The notes below the pieces were generated by a model. That model was given only the letters and a program-made list of their open reading frames with translations, was not told the origin of the DNA and did no database searches. A program made the translations under genes and the position numbers. A stretch of 64,000 nt of DNA from Candidatus Woesebacteria bacterium (GTDB lineage Bacteria > Patescibacteriota > Microgenomatia > UBA8517). Each line of letters opens with the position of its first letter. Position 1 is the stretch's first letter. The DNA is taken from positions 2,996-66,995 of the forward strand of contig JAGUYM010000011.1 of the NCBI GenBank assembly GCA_020061305.1. The letters run 5' to 3'. Below, piece after piece: positions 31,244-39,977 of this stretch.

Positions 31244-32043
31244 TTATTTTGTTTTTTGTCATCATAAAAATGAAGAATTTTAAGACGATAAAAAACGGCC
31301 AAGGTGTCCCATGCCATATTAAAACTTGTTTGCCATTTTATGGCGCTAGTATTTTTATTGAATGTTACCTCTATCGGACCCTCAAAAATTCGGTCAAAAC
31401 CAAAGTACTTAGCAACTGCCAACATTTCTATATCCATAGCGTAAGTTTTGACAAGTAATTTTGGCAATATCTTTTCAACCACTTCTCTTCTAAATATTTT
31501 TATTCCACTTTGCGTATCTGCCAAATCAAGATTAAATAGTATTTTAATACCAAGATGGTACCCAAAACTTAAAACTTTTCTCAAAAATGGATAGTTTACT
31601 CGAGAAACTGGATGTCTTTTACTGCCCACAATTATATCCGCATTGTACCAATCCATGTGGGCCATGAGCATCATTATACCTTTAGGCGAGATATCCATCC
31701 CGGCATCTAAAAACGATATTAAATCACCCCTAGCTTTAGACATACCAAATCTTACAGCATAACCCTTGCCTTGATTTTTTTCGTAATTAAATATTTTTAA
31801 CTTGTTCGAATTAACTTTTTTTGCCTGAAAAAATGTTTTATCAACATTTCCATCAACTACACAAATCACTTCAAAGTCCATGTTTGTTAAACCTTCATTT
31901 AGAGTATTTATAATATTCATCAAATCTCTTTTGATTGTTTTTTCCTGTTTATATGCAGGCACGATAACAGATAGAAATCTATTGGTATTATTTGTTTTTT
32001 TCTTCATTTTACTTGCCTTCGTCATAAAGTAAATTATATCCAC
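31234..32043 (-). CDS. GT2 family glycosyltransferase
   Basis: LSVIVPAYKQEKTI...VICVVDGNVDKT...LISFLDAGMDISP. Confidence 0.65.
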   Translation of the reverse strand: MDIIYFMTKASKMKKKTNNTNRFLSVIVPAYKQEKTIKRDLMNIINTLNEGLTNMDFEVICVVDGNVDKTFFQAKKVNSNKLKIFNYEKNQGKGYAVRFGMSKARGDLISFLDAGMDISPKGIMMLMAHMDWYNADIIVGSKRHPVSRVNYPFLRKVLSFGYHLGIKILFNLDLADTQSGIKIFRREVVEKILPKLLVKTYAMDIEMLAVAKYFGFDRIFEGPIEVTFNKNTSAIKWQTSFNMAWDTLAVFYRLKILHFYDDKKQNNWI

Positions 32044-33259
32044 AGTAAAACCCTAAGCAAATAAGCAATCCAAGAGTTGTAAACAACGATACATGAATTA
32101 TCTCTGTGACGCTATCATGATAAAACCATATAATAATTGCTTGCGTAAGAGCTGAAAACAAGGGTAATATTACAATTTTTACTTTACCGATTGAAAGATA
32201 AAAGTTAACTAACAGGTTTGAAAGTGTATAAAAAAGCATGAAAAAACCCATCCAAACTAAATCTGTTTTGGCTGATAAGTAGTCCTTTCCGTACAAAACT
32301 CCGATGGCAATGTTTGGAAATAGCCAAAACAGTAAAATTGCAGACGATGCAATACCTGCTGTAATCGCAAGTGAAGCAAAAAAAACTTTTAGATATCCTT
32401 GACCTAATGATTTTCTTTTTGAGATCACAGGAAACATAGTAGCTGCGACCGGGGATGCAGCAAAAAAGACAATCTTACCCAATGTTGAAAGAGCTGCATA
32501 AATACCTGCAGAAAAAGGGTCTAGAAAATGTTTCGCTAAAACTACATCAATAGTAAAAATTGAAGTAAAGGCCAAGGCTTGAGCCAAAACTGGGCCTGAG
32601 TATTTTACAAAAGGTGTCAAATCTATTTTTTTAAGCTTAGTAACCCGAATTTGTTTAGTGATAAATTTATAGCTATAAATAAATGAAACAATAGCTCCCA
32701 AAACAACCGCAAACATTGCTCCCATGACAGACCAGCCAAGATATACAAAAGCTACTCCCAAAACAAATTTCAAAAATGAAGATATTAAAGTTGGGATGAC
32801 ATAACCTGAAAACTTTAAAAGTCCTTGAGATGAAGACTGGTTAACTAAAGTCAACAAAGAAAAAAACAATATTGGTGCTACTAATAAAACAGGGGACGTA
32901 TTTTTAAGATGTAAAAATTTTGAAATTACAGGCGATGTTAATAATATGACAGCCACCAATACAACAGATATTCTAAAAACAAATTTGTTAATCGCATCAT
33001 AAACTGAGTAGACCTCACTGTCCTTTATTGAAGAAATAAATTTTACTATTGCAACGCTTGCGGAAGATGGAACAATACTAACCAAATATAGTATTGAGTA
33101 TAAACTGGCGAGAACACCATATTCTACAGGTCCCAACATTCTACCCATTACAAGATGATAACCATAATTAATAACATTTGCGGTCATATTGCCTACAAAG
33201 ACTATCGCGCCACCTGAAAATAGCGGATGGTTAACAAGATTTATGATTTTTTGCTTCAT
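32009..33259 (-). CDS. Polysaccharide biosynthesis protein, Wzx-like flippase (MOP superfamily)
   Basis: 416 aa and about 12 TM helices. It is the second flippase-like gene in the island. Confidence 0.55.
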   Translation of the reverse strand: MKQKIINLVNHPLFSGGAIVFVGNMTANVINYGYHLVMGRMLGPVEYGVLASLYSILYLVSIVPSSASVAIVKFISSIKDSEVYSVYDAINKFVFRISVVLVAVILLTSPVISKFLHLKNTSPVLLVAPILFFSLLTLVNQSSSQGLLKFSGYVIPTLISSFLKFVLGVAFVYLGWSVMGAMFAVVLGAIVSFIYSYKFITKQIRVTKLKKIDLTPFVKYSGPVLAQALAFTSIFTIDVVLAKHFLDPFSAGIYAALSTLGKIVFFAASPVAATMFPVISKRKSLGQGYLKVFFASLAITAGIASSAILLFWLFPNIAIGVLYGKDYLSAKTDLVWMGFFMLFYTLSNLLVNFYLSIGKVKIVILPLFSALTQAIIIWFYHDSVTEIIHVSLFTTLGLLICLGFYCGYNLLYDEGK

Positions 33260-34405
33260 TTATGATATAAAATAGCCTCTTAAAAAAAGAGATTGGGCAA
33301 TAAATAGAATTATAGACATAACGACAAAAATTCCAACTACTAAAGATTTCTTCATCTTGGAAAAGGTTTGTGCCAGAAAAAAGAACATCGGGAAAAGCAA
33401 AATTACATACCTGGGCATTGAGGAAAAACTTCCCGAAATAGTAGGAATTAGATAGCCCAAAACTGAAAAAATCCAGTAATCCCAACGGATTTTCCTTATA
33501 CTAATAATGATTAAGTATAAAAACAGAGTACCAGTAGCCATTTCAAGTAAAACTGTAAAAACAAAGGGGAAATAATCCCAAGTAAGATTCGGTATTATTT
33601 TTACGATGTATCTATAAAAAACTTGCGGCAGCAATACAACATGGTCAGCTCTTTGTTCACCAAACAATGTATAGGCACGGTAGAGTTTGATAGGTCCACC
33701 CCAATTTATAATTAAATAATATATATAACTTAAAAGTCCGATAGGTATTAAAAACAAGGATAGTAAATCCCTTTTTAATGGTTTTTGATTAACAAACATG
33801 CCTATCAAAAATGCGGGAAGTAAGGTAATACCAACCGCACGAGATCCAGAAGCAAACATTGCTAGAATAGAAGCCAAAAGAAACTCATTTTTTCGAAATA
33901 AGTAAAATGACCAAACGGCTAGAGCTAAAAATAAACTTTCTGTATAAACTGCACCAAAATAAAATGAGGTGGGGAAAAATAAAATTAAGATAACTGTTAG
34001 TTTTGAAATTTTTTCAGAATAATCTAACCGTGCTAATTTATATAGTCCAAATAAAGCTAACAGAAGCGCAATATTTGATATAAATATTCCACTCCAAACA
34101 TAGTTTATTAATTCTTGGCCAAATAATGCTGAGACAAAACGAATTAGAAGTGGATATAATGGAAAATAAAATTGCTGTAAATTTTTGTATCCATAAAGTG
34201 CAATTGAGGTAAAATGCTCACCATCAAAATTTGACCAACCCCATACTAATGGGTTATTTAAATAATTGACAAGTTTTCCTCCAAAAAAATTTTCACCCAA
34301 CAACGGAACGAGACGAACAGACAAAACTGCAATAATAATTGTACCAAATCGCCAAAATAAATAACTTTTTAATATGAATTGGATATCTTTTTTCATACTC
34401 TTCAT
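33260..34405 (-). CDS. Polytopic membrane protein, GT-C-like (PIG-V/DUF2029-like mannosyltransferase-like)
   Basis: 381 aa and about 9 TM helices. The N-terminal pattern FGTIIIAVLSVRLV...SNFDGEHFTSIALYGY resembles PIG-V-like membrane glycosyltransferases. Confidence 0.35.
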   Translation of the reverse strand: MKSMKKDIQFILKSYLFWRFGTIIIAVLSVRLVPLLGENFFGGKLVNYLNNPLVWGWSNFDGEHFTSIALYGYKNLQQFYFPLYPLLIRFVSALFGQELINYVWSGIFISNIALLLALFGLYKLARLDYSEKISKLTVILILFFPTSFYFGAVYTESLFLALAVWSFYLFRKNEFLLASILAMFASGSRAVGITLLPAFLIGMFVNQKPLKRDLLSLFLIPIGLLSYIYYLIINWGGPIKLYRAYTLFGEQRADHVVLLPQVFYRYIVKIIPNLTWDYFPFVFTVLLEMATGTLFLYLIIISIRKIRWDYWIFSVLGYLIPTISGSFSSMPRYVILLFPMFFFLAQTFSKMKKSLVVGIFVVMSIILFIAQSLFLRGYFIS

Positions 34406-34415
34406 GTATCACTGT

Positions 34416-35465
34416 TCAGATCATTTTTTTGTATATCTTCAATGTTTCTTTGGCTGCTTTATCCCAACTATATTTTTTGACTTGCTCATATCCTCTTTTA
34501 ATACATTCATTTCTTTGTTTGTTGTCTGACATTAGTATTTTTAACTTTTCTACCAAATCATCAACACTATTAGTATCAAAATAAAGGCAGGCATCACCAC
34601 ACACTTCAACCAATGCCTGAGTTCTCGAACATATTACAGGGCAACCCAATTTCATGGCTTGAATGGGTGGCAAACCAAAACCTTCGTAAAACGAAGGTTG
34701 AATACAGATGTAAGCTAAATTATAAATTTTATTAAGCTCGTCATCAGTTACATATCCCGGTCTAATAACTTTGGAAAAATTTACTCCCTTTAAATGTTTT
34801 AATTCTGGGTGATTTAAGTCCAAATTATTAATATTTTTAGTATCTTCATCAATTGCAACAAGTGGAAAATTTATTTTATTGCAAGCCTCAATAAGTGTTT
34901 TTAAATTTTTATTGTAATTTAAACCATGATCAAATAATATAAATTTATCCGGTAAATTAAATTTCTTTTTGGTTTCCTCAATCCATTTTCCTTTTTCTAA
35001 TTTTTTAATAGCTGATTTTGGAGCAAGATAAACTACATCAACAATTTCAGGTTTAACACCTAAAAATCTACAAATGTCTTTTTTAGAAGTTTCAGAAATT
35101 GTAATAACCCTATCTACATATTTTTTGATCAAAAATTTATTAATATAAAATCTAATTTTTCCTTTAATACCTGACGGATAGTGTTCTGGATATATAAGTG
35201 GTATCAAATCATGAATTGTTAATATCCACTTCTGGCTAGCAGTTTTAAAAAATGGCAAATCAACAAAAAATGGTCTAAATTTAGTGAAATGCACTATATC
35301 TGCGTTTGATCGATCAACAACTATGACTTTTGACTTTTGACTTTTGACTTCAAGAGCTTTTACAAGCTCGCTCGTATTAACACCTATGCCACGCATTGAA
35401 TCTAACTCGCTATGTGCTCCAGATGAAAAATAAACTTTCATTGTTTTATTATACTGCAGAGCCAA
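34416..35465 (-). CDS. GT4 family glycosyltransferase
   Basis: The segment EGFGLPPIQAMKLGCPVICS has the E-x7-E-like signature. The CDS contains a (GACTTTT)n tandem repeat. Confidence 0.7.
   Translation of the reverse strand: MALQYNKTMKVYFSSGAHSELDSMRGIGVNTSELVKALEVKSQKSKVIVVDRSNADIVHFTKFRPFFVDLPFFKTASQKWILTIHDLIPLIYPEHYPSGIKGKIRFYINKFLIKKYVDRVITISETSKKDICRFLGVKPEIVDVVYLAPKSAIKKLEKGKWIEETKKKFNLPDKFILFDHGLNYNKNLKTLIEACNKINFPLVAIDEDTKNINNLDLNHPELKHLKGVNFSKVIRPGYVTDDELNKIYNLAYICIQPSFYEGFGLPPIQAMKLGCPVICSRTQALVEVCGDACLYFDTNSVDDLVEKLKILMSDNKQRNECIKRGYEQVKKYSWDKAAKETLKIYKKMI
35324..35349. repeat. Heptanucleotide tandem repeat (GACTTTT) x3.7 inside the GT4 CDS 34416..35465
   Basis: Read directly: gacttttgacttttgacttttgacttc. 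On the coding strand it encodes KSQKSKV. Confidence 0.9.
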
Positions 35466-36984
35466 CCACTTGACTAATGTTTTTGAGGCCTTTTTCCTCT
35501 AACTTTTGTGACAAATCTCTATTTATTTGAGCAATTAGCTGAGGTCCTTCATAAATCATACCTGTAATAAGCTGAACTAGACTTGCTCCATTTTCAAATT
35601 TTACCCAAGCATCATCAGCATTAAACACCCCACCTGTACCCACTATTACAAACCTATCTTTGAAATTTTTGTAAGCTAATTTTATTCTAATATTCGAATC
35701 TTCAAAAGTAGGTTTGCCTGAATACTTACCCATTTTAAACTTTTTAACTTCATCTTTATCCAAAAGCCTATGTTTTTTATTTGTCTGTAGATTGCCAAAT
35801 ATCACACCTACTATTTTGTGTTTCGCAATAATTTTTAACATACTTAAGGTATGTTTTTCTGTCTGATCAATCGGCATTTTTACAAAAATAGGTTTTTTTA
35901 TTTTTAATTTGTCAATCTCACTTAATAATTTTTCTAAATTTTTTAAATCGTAGAAATCAATATTTAAACTATGAATCAAATTTGGACAACTAATATTTAA
36001 TTCATAATATGCATTATTAAGATTTATTTTTTTGGCTTCTTTAAAACCTTTAACAATATCACTAATTGTTTTATCAACTGTATCCAGTTCGGAAGAATTT
36101 GTTCTACCAACGGAAATTCCAACAGGATATCTAAATTTAGATTTATTGAATTTCTTCAAAGTTTCGTGTATCCCAAAATTTTTAAATCCTTTGTTTACTA
36201 AAAGTGATTTAGAATTTGGAAGACGGCCAAGCATTGGTTTCGGATTACCTTCATAGGATGAATAGCTTAAAGTCCCGATTGTACCAAATCCAAAACCCAA
36301 ATTGGGAAGAATCTTTGTTAATCTCGCCTCATAATCAAAACCGGCAGCTAAACCAATTGGAGACTTAAAATTGACACCCACAATATTTTGGACTAAGTTT
36401 TTATAATATTTACCAAATATTTTTTTGAATAAGATGAGTATTGGTTTTGGTAAATTTTCCCCAAATTTGACCATCCACTCATGAACTGCTTCAGCATCAA
36501 ATAAAAATAAAATCGGTTTTAGTAAATATTTGTAAGCATATCCAAAACAGTCCAATACAAGTGTTTTAAAATCTTTCTCAAAAAAGATTAAGGTGAAACC
36601 AAAATTAAAAAAAGATACAAAAGCAGAAAGCAGGCAATATAAACAAAACAGTTTAATTGCAAACATTTGTATTCCTATTAAATAAAGTGAAAATAAAACC
36701 CCAAAACTGGATGTAATTATGTAAAAATGGCGAAACATTTTATTGCTTCTACCGAAATATAAAAATGATCCCAAAAACATGTAATAAATTACACCTAAAA
36801 GGGCCAATGGAATTCCAAAAATTTCAGAATATTTGGAAGTAGTTACTACCAAGCAGTTTATCCAAGTAGAAACAGGGCAACCAATTGAAGTTAAGACATA
36901 ATGTTCATATGTCAAAAATACAGAATCAGTCAAGCCAACTAAAATTAGAAATGAAAGTATATATATTTGAACTTTTTTCATCAA
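35449..36984 (-). CDS. pyrD: Fusion protein: N-terminal VKOR (vitamin K epoxide reductase) domain plus dihydroorotate dehydrogenase (PyrD-like, class-2 architecture with a catalytic Cys)
   Basis: The N-terminal roughly 160 aa have a loop Cys pair 7 residues apart (GCPVSTWINC), a SKY..IFGIP motif and a CxxC (CLYC) in the last TM, which is the VKOR signature. The C-terminal roughly 340 aa carry GLAAGFDYEARL, GFGFGTIGT, NISCPN, VGTGGV and GASLVQLITGMIYEGPQLI, which align to E. coli PyrD blocks. Confidence 0.7.
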   Translation of the reverse strand: MMKKVQIYILSFLILVGLTDSVFLTYEHYVLTSIGCPVSTWINCLVVTTSKYSEIFGIPLALLGVIYYMFLGSFLYFGRSNKMFRHFYIITSSFGVLFSLYLIGIQMFAIKLFCLYCLLSAFVSFFNFGFTLIFFEKDFKTLVLDCFGYAYKYLLKPILFLFDAEAVHEWMVKFGENLPKPILILFKKIFGKYYKNLVQNIVGVNFKSPIGLAAGFDYEARLTKILPNLGFGFGTIGTLSYSSYEGNPKPMLGRLPNSKSLLVNKGFKNFGIHETLKKFNKSKFRYPVGISVGRTNSSELDTVDKTISDIVKGFKEAKKINLNNAYYELNISCPNLIHSLNIDFYDLKNLEKLLSEIDKLKIKKPIFVKMPIDQTEKHTLSMLKIIAKHKIVGVIFGNLQTNKKHRLLDKDEVKKFKMGKYSGKPTFEDSNIRIKLAYKNFKDRFVIVGTGGVFNADDAWVKFENGASLVQLITGMIYEGPQLIAQINRDLSQKLEEKGLKNISQVVGSAV

Positions 36985-36998
36985 ATGTATTTTACCAC

Positions 36999-37718
36999 TT
37001 AATATTCAACCCTAACATCATGAAGCCAAATCTGTGCTGGGCGGGAGAGCATGTAGACGATAACATCAGCCAAATCTTCTGGTTTTATGAATTTATTTTG
37101 GTCAAAATGCTCATTTGTTTTATTAAACAATTCAGTATTAGTACCACCTTGATGGACCGTAGCAACTCGAACTTTTGTATCTTTACATTCTGTTTTTAAA
37201 ACCTCGGTAAATCCTGTTACTCCCCATTTACTTGCACTATAAATAGTTTGGCCTTCTTGAGCAGTAATTCCAGACCGACTAGAAACATTTAGAATAATGG
37301 CATCTTTATCTTCTTCTTTAAAATATTGAAGTAAATATTTTGACATATATACTAAACCTTTAAGGTTTATGTCTATAACTGAATCTATTTCGTCATCATC
37401 TATATCTTGAAGTTTGTTTAGTTTTTGCCAAACACCTGCAATATTTAATAAAATATCTATGCCATCAAAATCTGTAATTATTTTATTTACAGTTTGTTTA
37501 ACTTCATCTCTTTTGGAAATATCACAAACATAAACCTCAACCTTTGGAGAACCAATTTCTAAGCATTCCGCTTTAACTTGATTTAACCTATCTTTATTTC
37601 TAGCAACTAAAGCAAGAGAAACTCCTTCACTTGCAAGTTTTAAAGCAACTTGCCTTCCTATTCCATCACTTGCACCAGTTACAACGGCAGTTTTTCCTTT
37701 TAGATTCATATTTTCCAA
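36999..37718 (-). CDS. Classical short-chain dehydrogenase/reductase (SDR)
   Basis: The segment KTAVVTGASDGIGRQVA has the TGxxxGxG motif, and the YSASK catalytic Y-x3-K is present. Confidence 0.75.
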   Translation of the reverse strand: MENMNLKGKTAVVTGASDGIGRQVALKLASEGVSLALVARNKDRLNQVKAECLEIGSPKVEVYVCDISKRDEVKQTVNKIITDFDGIDILLNIAGVWQKLNKLQDIDDDEIDSVIDINLKGLVYMSKYLLQYFKEEDKDAIILNVSSRSGITAQEGQTIYSASKWGVTGFTEVLKTECKDTKVRVATVHQGGTNTELFNKTNEHFDQNKFIKPEDLADVIVYMLSRPAQIWLHDVRVEY

Positions 37719-38164
37719 ATTCTTACTTCATTTTCTTCAGGCTGGTTTTCATCAAAAAGTTGAATATCAGTTAACTTAATTTTATAAAATCTTGATTTCC
37801 AAGCTTTTTTAAACTCTCTATATGTAACTTTGACAAATCCTCTTTTATTCCAAGCTTTAATAATCTCTTTTACTTCGAAGGCGGAGGTAACCTTAGAAGC
37901 AATTCCTCTTGCTTGAAAGCCTTTCTTTTTACCTTCTGGGTCTTGTTCACTGTTTACAATAACTATAGAAACTTTAGAATTTTTAGAAATATTTACACAG
38001 TGTTTAGTTTTTGGATTGCTTACAAAGTACAAATTAAAATTATCATCAAACAAATAATAGACACATGCAGACCAAGGAAGTTTGTAATATGTCCCTATAG
38101 ACATCAATTTATGTTTACTTAAAAAATCCAAAACTTCTTTTTTGTCTTTTTCCGTTAATTTCAT
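37706..38164 (-). CDS. Pyridoxamine 5'-phosphate oxidase-like FMN-binding split-barrel protein (putative)
   Basis: 152 aa. The pattern KEVLDFLSKHKLMSIGTY...LYFVSNPKTKHCVNISKNSKVSIVIV resembles the PNPOx / general-stress-protein-26 family. Confidence 0.4.
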   Translation of the reverse strand: MKLTEKDKKEVLDFLSKHKLMSIGTYYKLPWSACVYYLFDDNFNLYFVSNPKTKHCVNISKNSKVSIVIVNSEQDPEGKKKGFQARGIASKVTSAFEVKEIIKAWNKRGFVKVTYREFKKAWKSRFYKIKLTDIQLFDENQPEENEVRIWKI

Positions 38165-39090
38165 ATACTATTTTGTTTATTATATTCCTCATCAAAAATA
38201 TTTGGAAGCATAAAAATTGGTTGTCCATCCCCAGTTTTATACCAATCAATTTTAGGAGCCTTCCAACCCTTTGGTCGAAACTCATCAATCTTTAAATAAT
38301 CTTCCTGACTCATGACAAAACCTATCGAACCAATAGACTCATCAATGTGTTCAATATTTTCAGATTTGGTTAGTGGAATGCAACCTTTCCATATTAACCA
38401 ATTTAATATAATTTGGTTTTGAGTTTTGGAATATTTTTCTGAAAGTTCCATCAACAAAGGCCAGTTTCGTAAGACAGTTCTGTTTCGTCTTAGTGGTTGA
38501 AAAATAAAATTTTTGATATCGTTTTCTTTAGCGAAATCTATTATTCCTAAATCTTGGTTTTCTCTAATCTCAAAGTTTAGAATAACTTCATGTGAGAATA
38601 ATTTCTCTCCGAATTCCTCCTTAAACTCCCTTAAACTTTCTAAATCAAAATTCGTAACGCTTACATATCTAACGATATTTTCACTAAGCCATTTTTTGAG
38701 TATTTGTTTTGATTCATCTCTCCCCCACTGAGGAAGTGATGAAAGCAAAAACTGAACAGTATCAATATAATCAGTTTTTAGTGTATTTAATAATATTTCC
38801 ATCTCTTTTTCAGCTTCCTTCAGCGTTGGATTTCTATAAGGGTAAATGGTTGAGGTTATAAATATTTGGTCTCTTTTCTTGCTTGATTCATCTAAGGCTA
38901 ATTTAATCAATTCTACAGCTTTTCCCTCAGCATACCAATACGTCGCCTCAATTAAATTAACCCCGTTATTGAATGTGTATTTCAAAGCTTCTATTTGTTT
39001 TCTATCGTCATTTTTGGGGTCTCGCTCAGCAAAACCTCCAATTCCCCATGTACCAATTCCAATTTTAGAAAGATCATCTTTATTTACCAT
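38161..39090 (-). CDS. Aldo/keto reductase family oxidoreductase
   Basis: N-terminal IGIGTWGIGG and a NLIEATYWYAEG block resemble the AKR (beta/alpha)8 barrel motifs. Confidence 0.55.
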   Translation of the reverse strand: MVNKDDLSKIGIGTWGIGGFAERDPKNDDRKQIEALKYTFNNGVNLIEATYWYAEGKAVELIKLALDESSKKRDQIFITSTIYPYRNPTLKEAEKEMEILLNTLKTDYIDTVQFLLSSLPQWGRDESKQILKKWLSENIVRYVSVTNFDLESLREFKEEFGEKLFSHEVILNFEIRENQDLGIIDFAKENDIKNFIFQPLRRNRTVLRNWPLLMELSEKYSKTQNQIILNWLIWKGCIPLTKSENIEHIDESIGSIGFVMSQEDYLKIDEFRPKGWKAPKIDWYKTGDGQPIFMLPNIFDEEYNKQNSI

Positions 39091-39092
39091 GT

Positions 39093-39977
39093 TTATTTGG
39101 AATTATTAGTCAAATACTTAAAATAAGCAATTGGGAAGTGCCAAGATGAAAACAAACTCCACAAAAATCCATTTACTCCATCGAGAAAACCAAGGTGACG
39201 CACATACAATGAAAGAAAAGTGACTAGTGGCTTGTGAATTGTGAACAACAAAAACGAAAATAAATTTTTTGGAACATTTTTAACTTTCAGTTCTTCAGCA
39301 TGAAGATCAGTATATCTATTTAATCTCGAAAAATAACGCTTTAATGTTGGGGAATCAAAATGTAACAAATCTCCATTTAACCAGCCAACCCTGCCATCAA
39401 GAGTTATTTGTTCATGAACTGATTTTTGGGGAAACCTAGCGTATCCATTTTTAACAAGTCTAATAACTCCATCAGGATAAACACCTGCATGTACTAAAGG
39501 TTTTCCTAAAAACATGTTTCTTCTGGGAATAAAGTAACCCACAATTTCTCCTGTTGATTTACCAATTGGACCATCACGTTGTTCTATTAGTTTTTGGTGG
39601 CGAGCAAATAGTGGATTGTGATTTGTGACTGGTGATTGGTGAGATACAACAGAAACAATTTCTTTGGCAAGTTCGGGAGTTACGACTTCGTCTGCATCAA
39701 GTTGTAATATCCATTCACCTTTTGCTTTTTCAAGGGCTTTCTGTTTTGTTATATGAAAAATATCATGATGTGGTTCTAAATAAACTTTGGCTCCTAGTTT
39801 TTCTGCAATTTCTCTTGTTTTGTCAGTTGAATATTCATCAACAACAATCATTTCACCCGCAATGTCTTTTACGGATTCCAAACACCTTTCAATATTTTCT
39901 TCTTCATTGCGCGTCGCTAAGACGACAGATAACTTCAGTGATTGGTGGCTTGTGATTGGTGATTTGTAAATACTCAT
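39093..39977 (-). CDS. GT2 family glycosyltransferase (small WaaE/KdtX-like type)
   Basis: LSVVLATRNEEENIERCL...MIVVDEYSTDKT...ILQLDADEVVTPEL...IPRRN. It is a paralog of 60449..61165 and 61129..62046. It contains three TCAC-heptamer arrays, one at codons 4-13. Confidence 0.7.
   Translation of the reverse strand: MSIYKSPITSHQSLKLSVVLATRNEEENIERCLESVKDIAGEMIVVDEYSTDKTREIAEKLGAKVYLEPHHDIFHITKQKALEKAKGEWILQLDADEVVTPELAKEIVSVVSHQSPVTNHNPLFARHQKLIEQRDGPIGKSTGEIVGYFIPRRNMFLGKPLVHAGVYPDGVIRLVKNGYARFPQKSVHEQITLDGRVGWLNGDLLHFDSPTLKRYFSRLNRYTDLHAEELKVKNVPKNLFSFLLFTIHKPLVTFLSLYVRHLGFLDGVNGFLWSLFSSWHFPIAYFKYLTNNSK
39220..39246. repeat. TCACNNN heptamer array (copy D): gtgactagtggcttgtgaattgtgaac
   Basis: It lies inside the GT2 CDS 39093..39977, in the C-terminal part. 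Confidence 0.7.
39611..39643. repeat. TCACNNN heptamer array (copy C): gtggattgtgatttgtgactggtgattggtgag
   Basis: It lies inside the GT2 CDS 39093..39977 and encodes SHQSPVTNHNP in a loop between the DxD-E block and IPRRN. Confidence 0.75.
39938..39966. repeat. TCACNNN heptamer array (copy B, reverse orientation): gtgattggtggcttgtgattggtgatttg
   Basis: It lies within codons 4-13 of the GT2 gene 39093..39977 (peptide SPITSHQS) and immediately 3' of the four-helix-bundle gene. It shares an 18-mer gtggcttgtga(t/a)ttg(g)tga with copy D. Confidence 0.8.

Noticed and set aside
35449-36984. Treating the ORF as an ordinary pyrD with a generic membrane anchor
   Set aside because: The N-terminal domain is not a simple anchor. 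It carries the specific VKOR Cys-pair plus CxxC signature, so I keep it as a fusion and report it as such.
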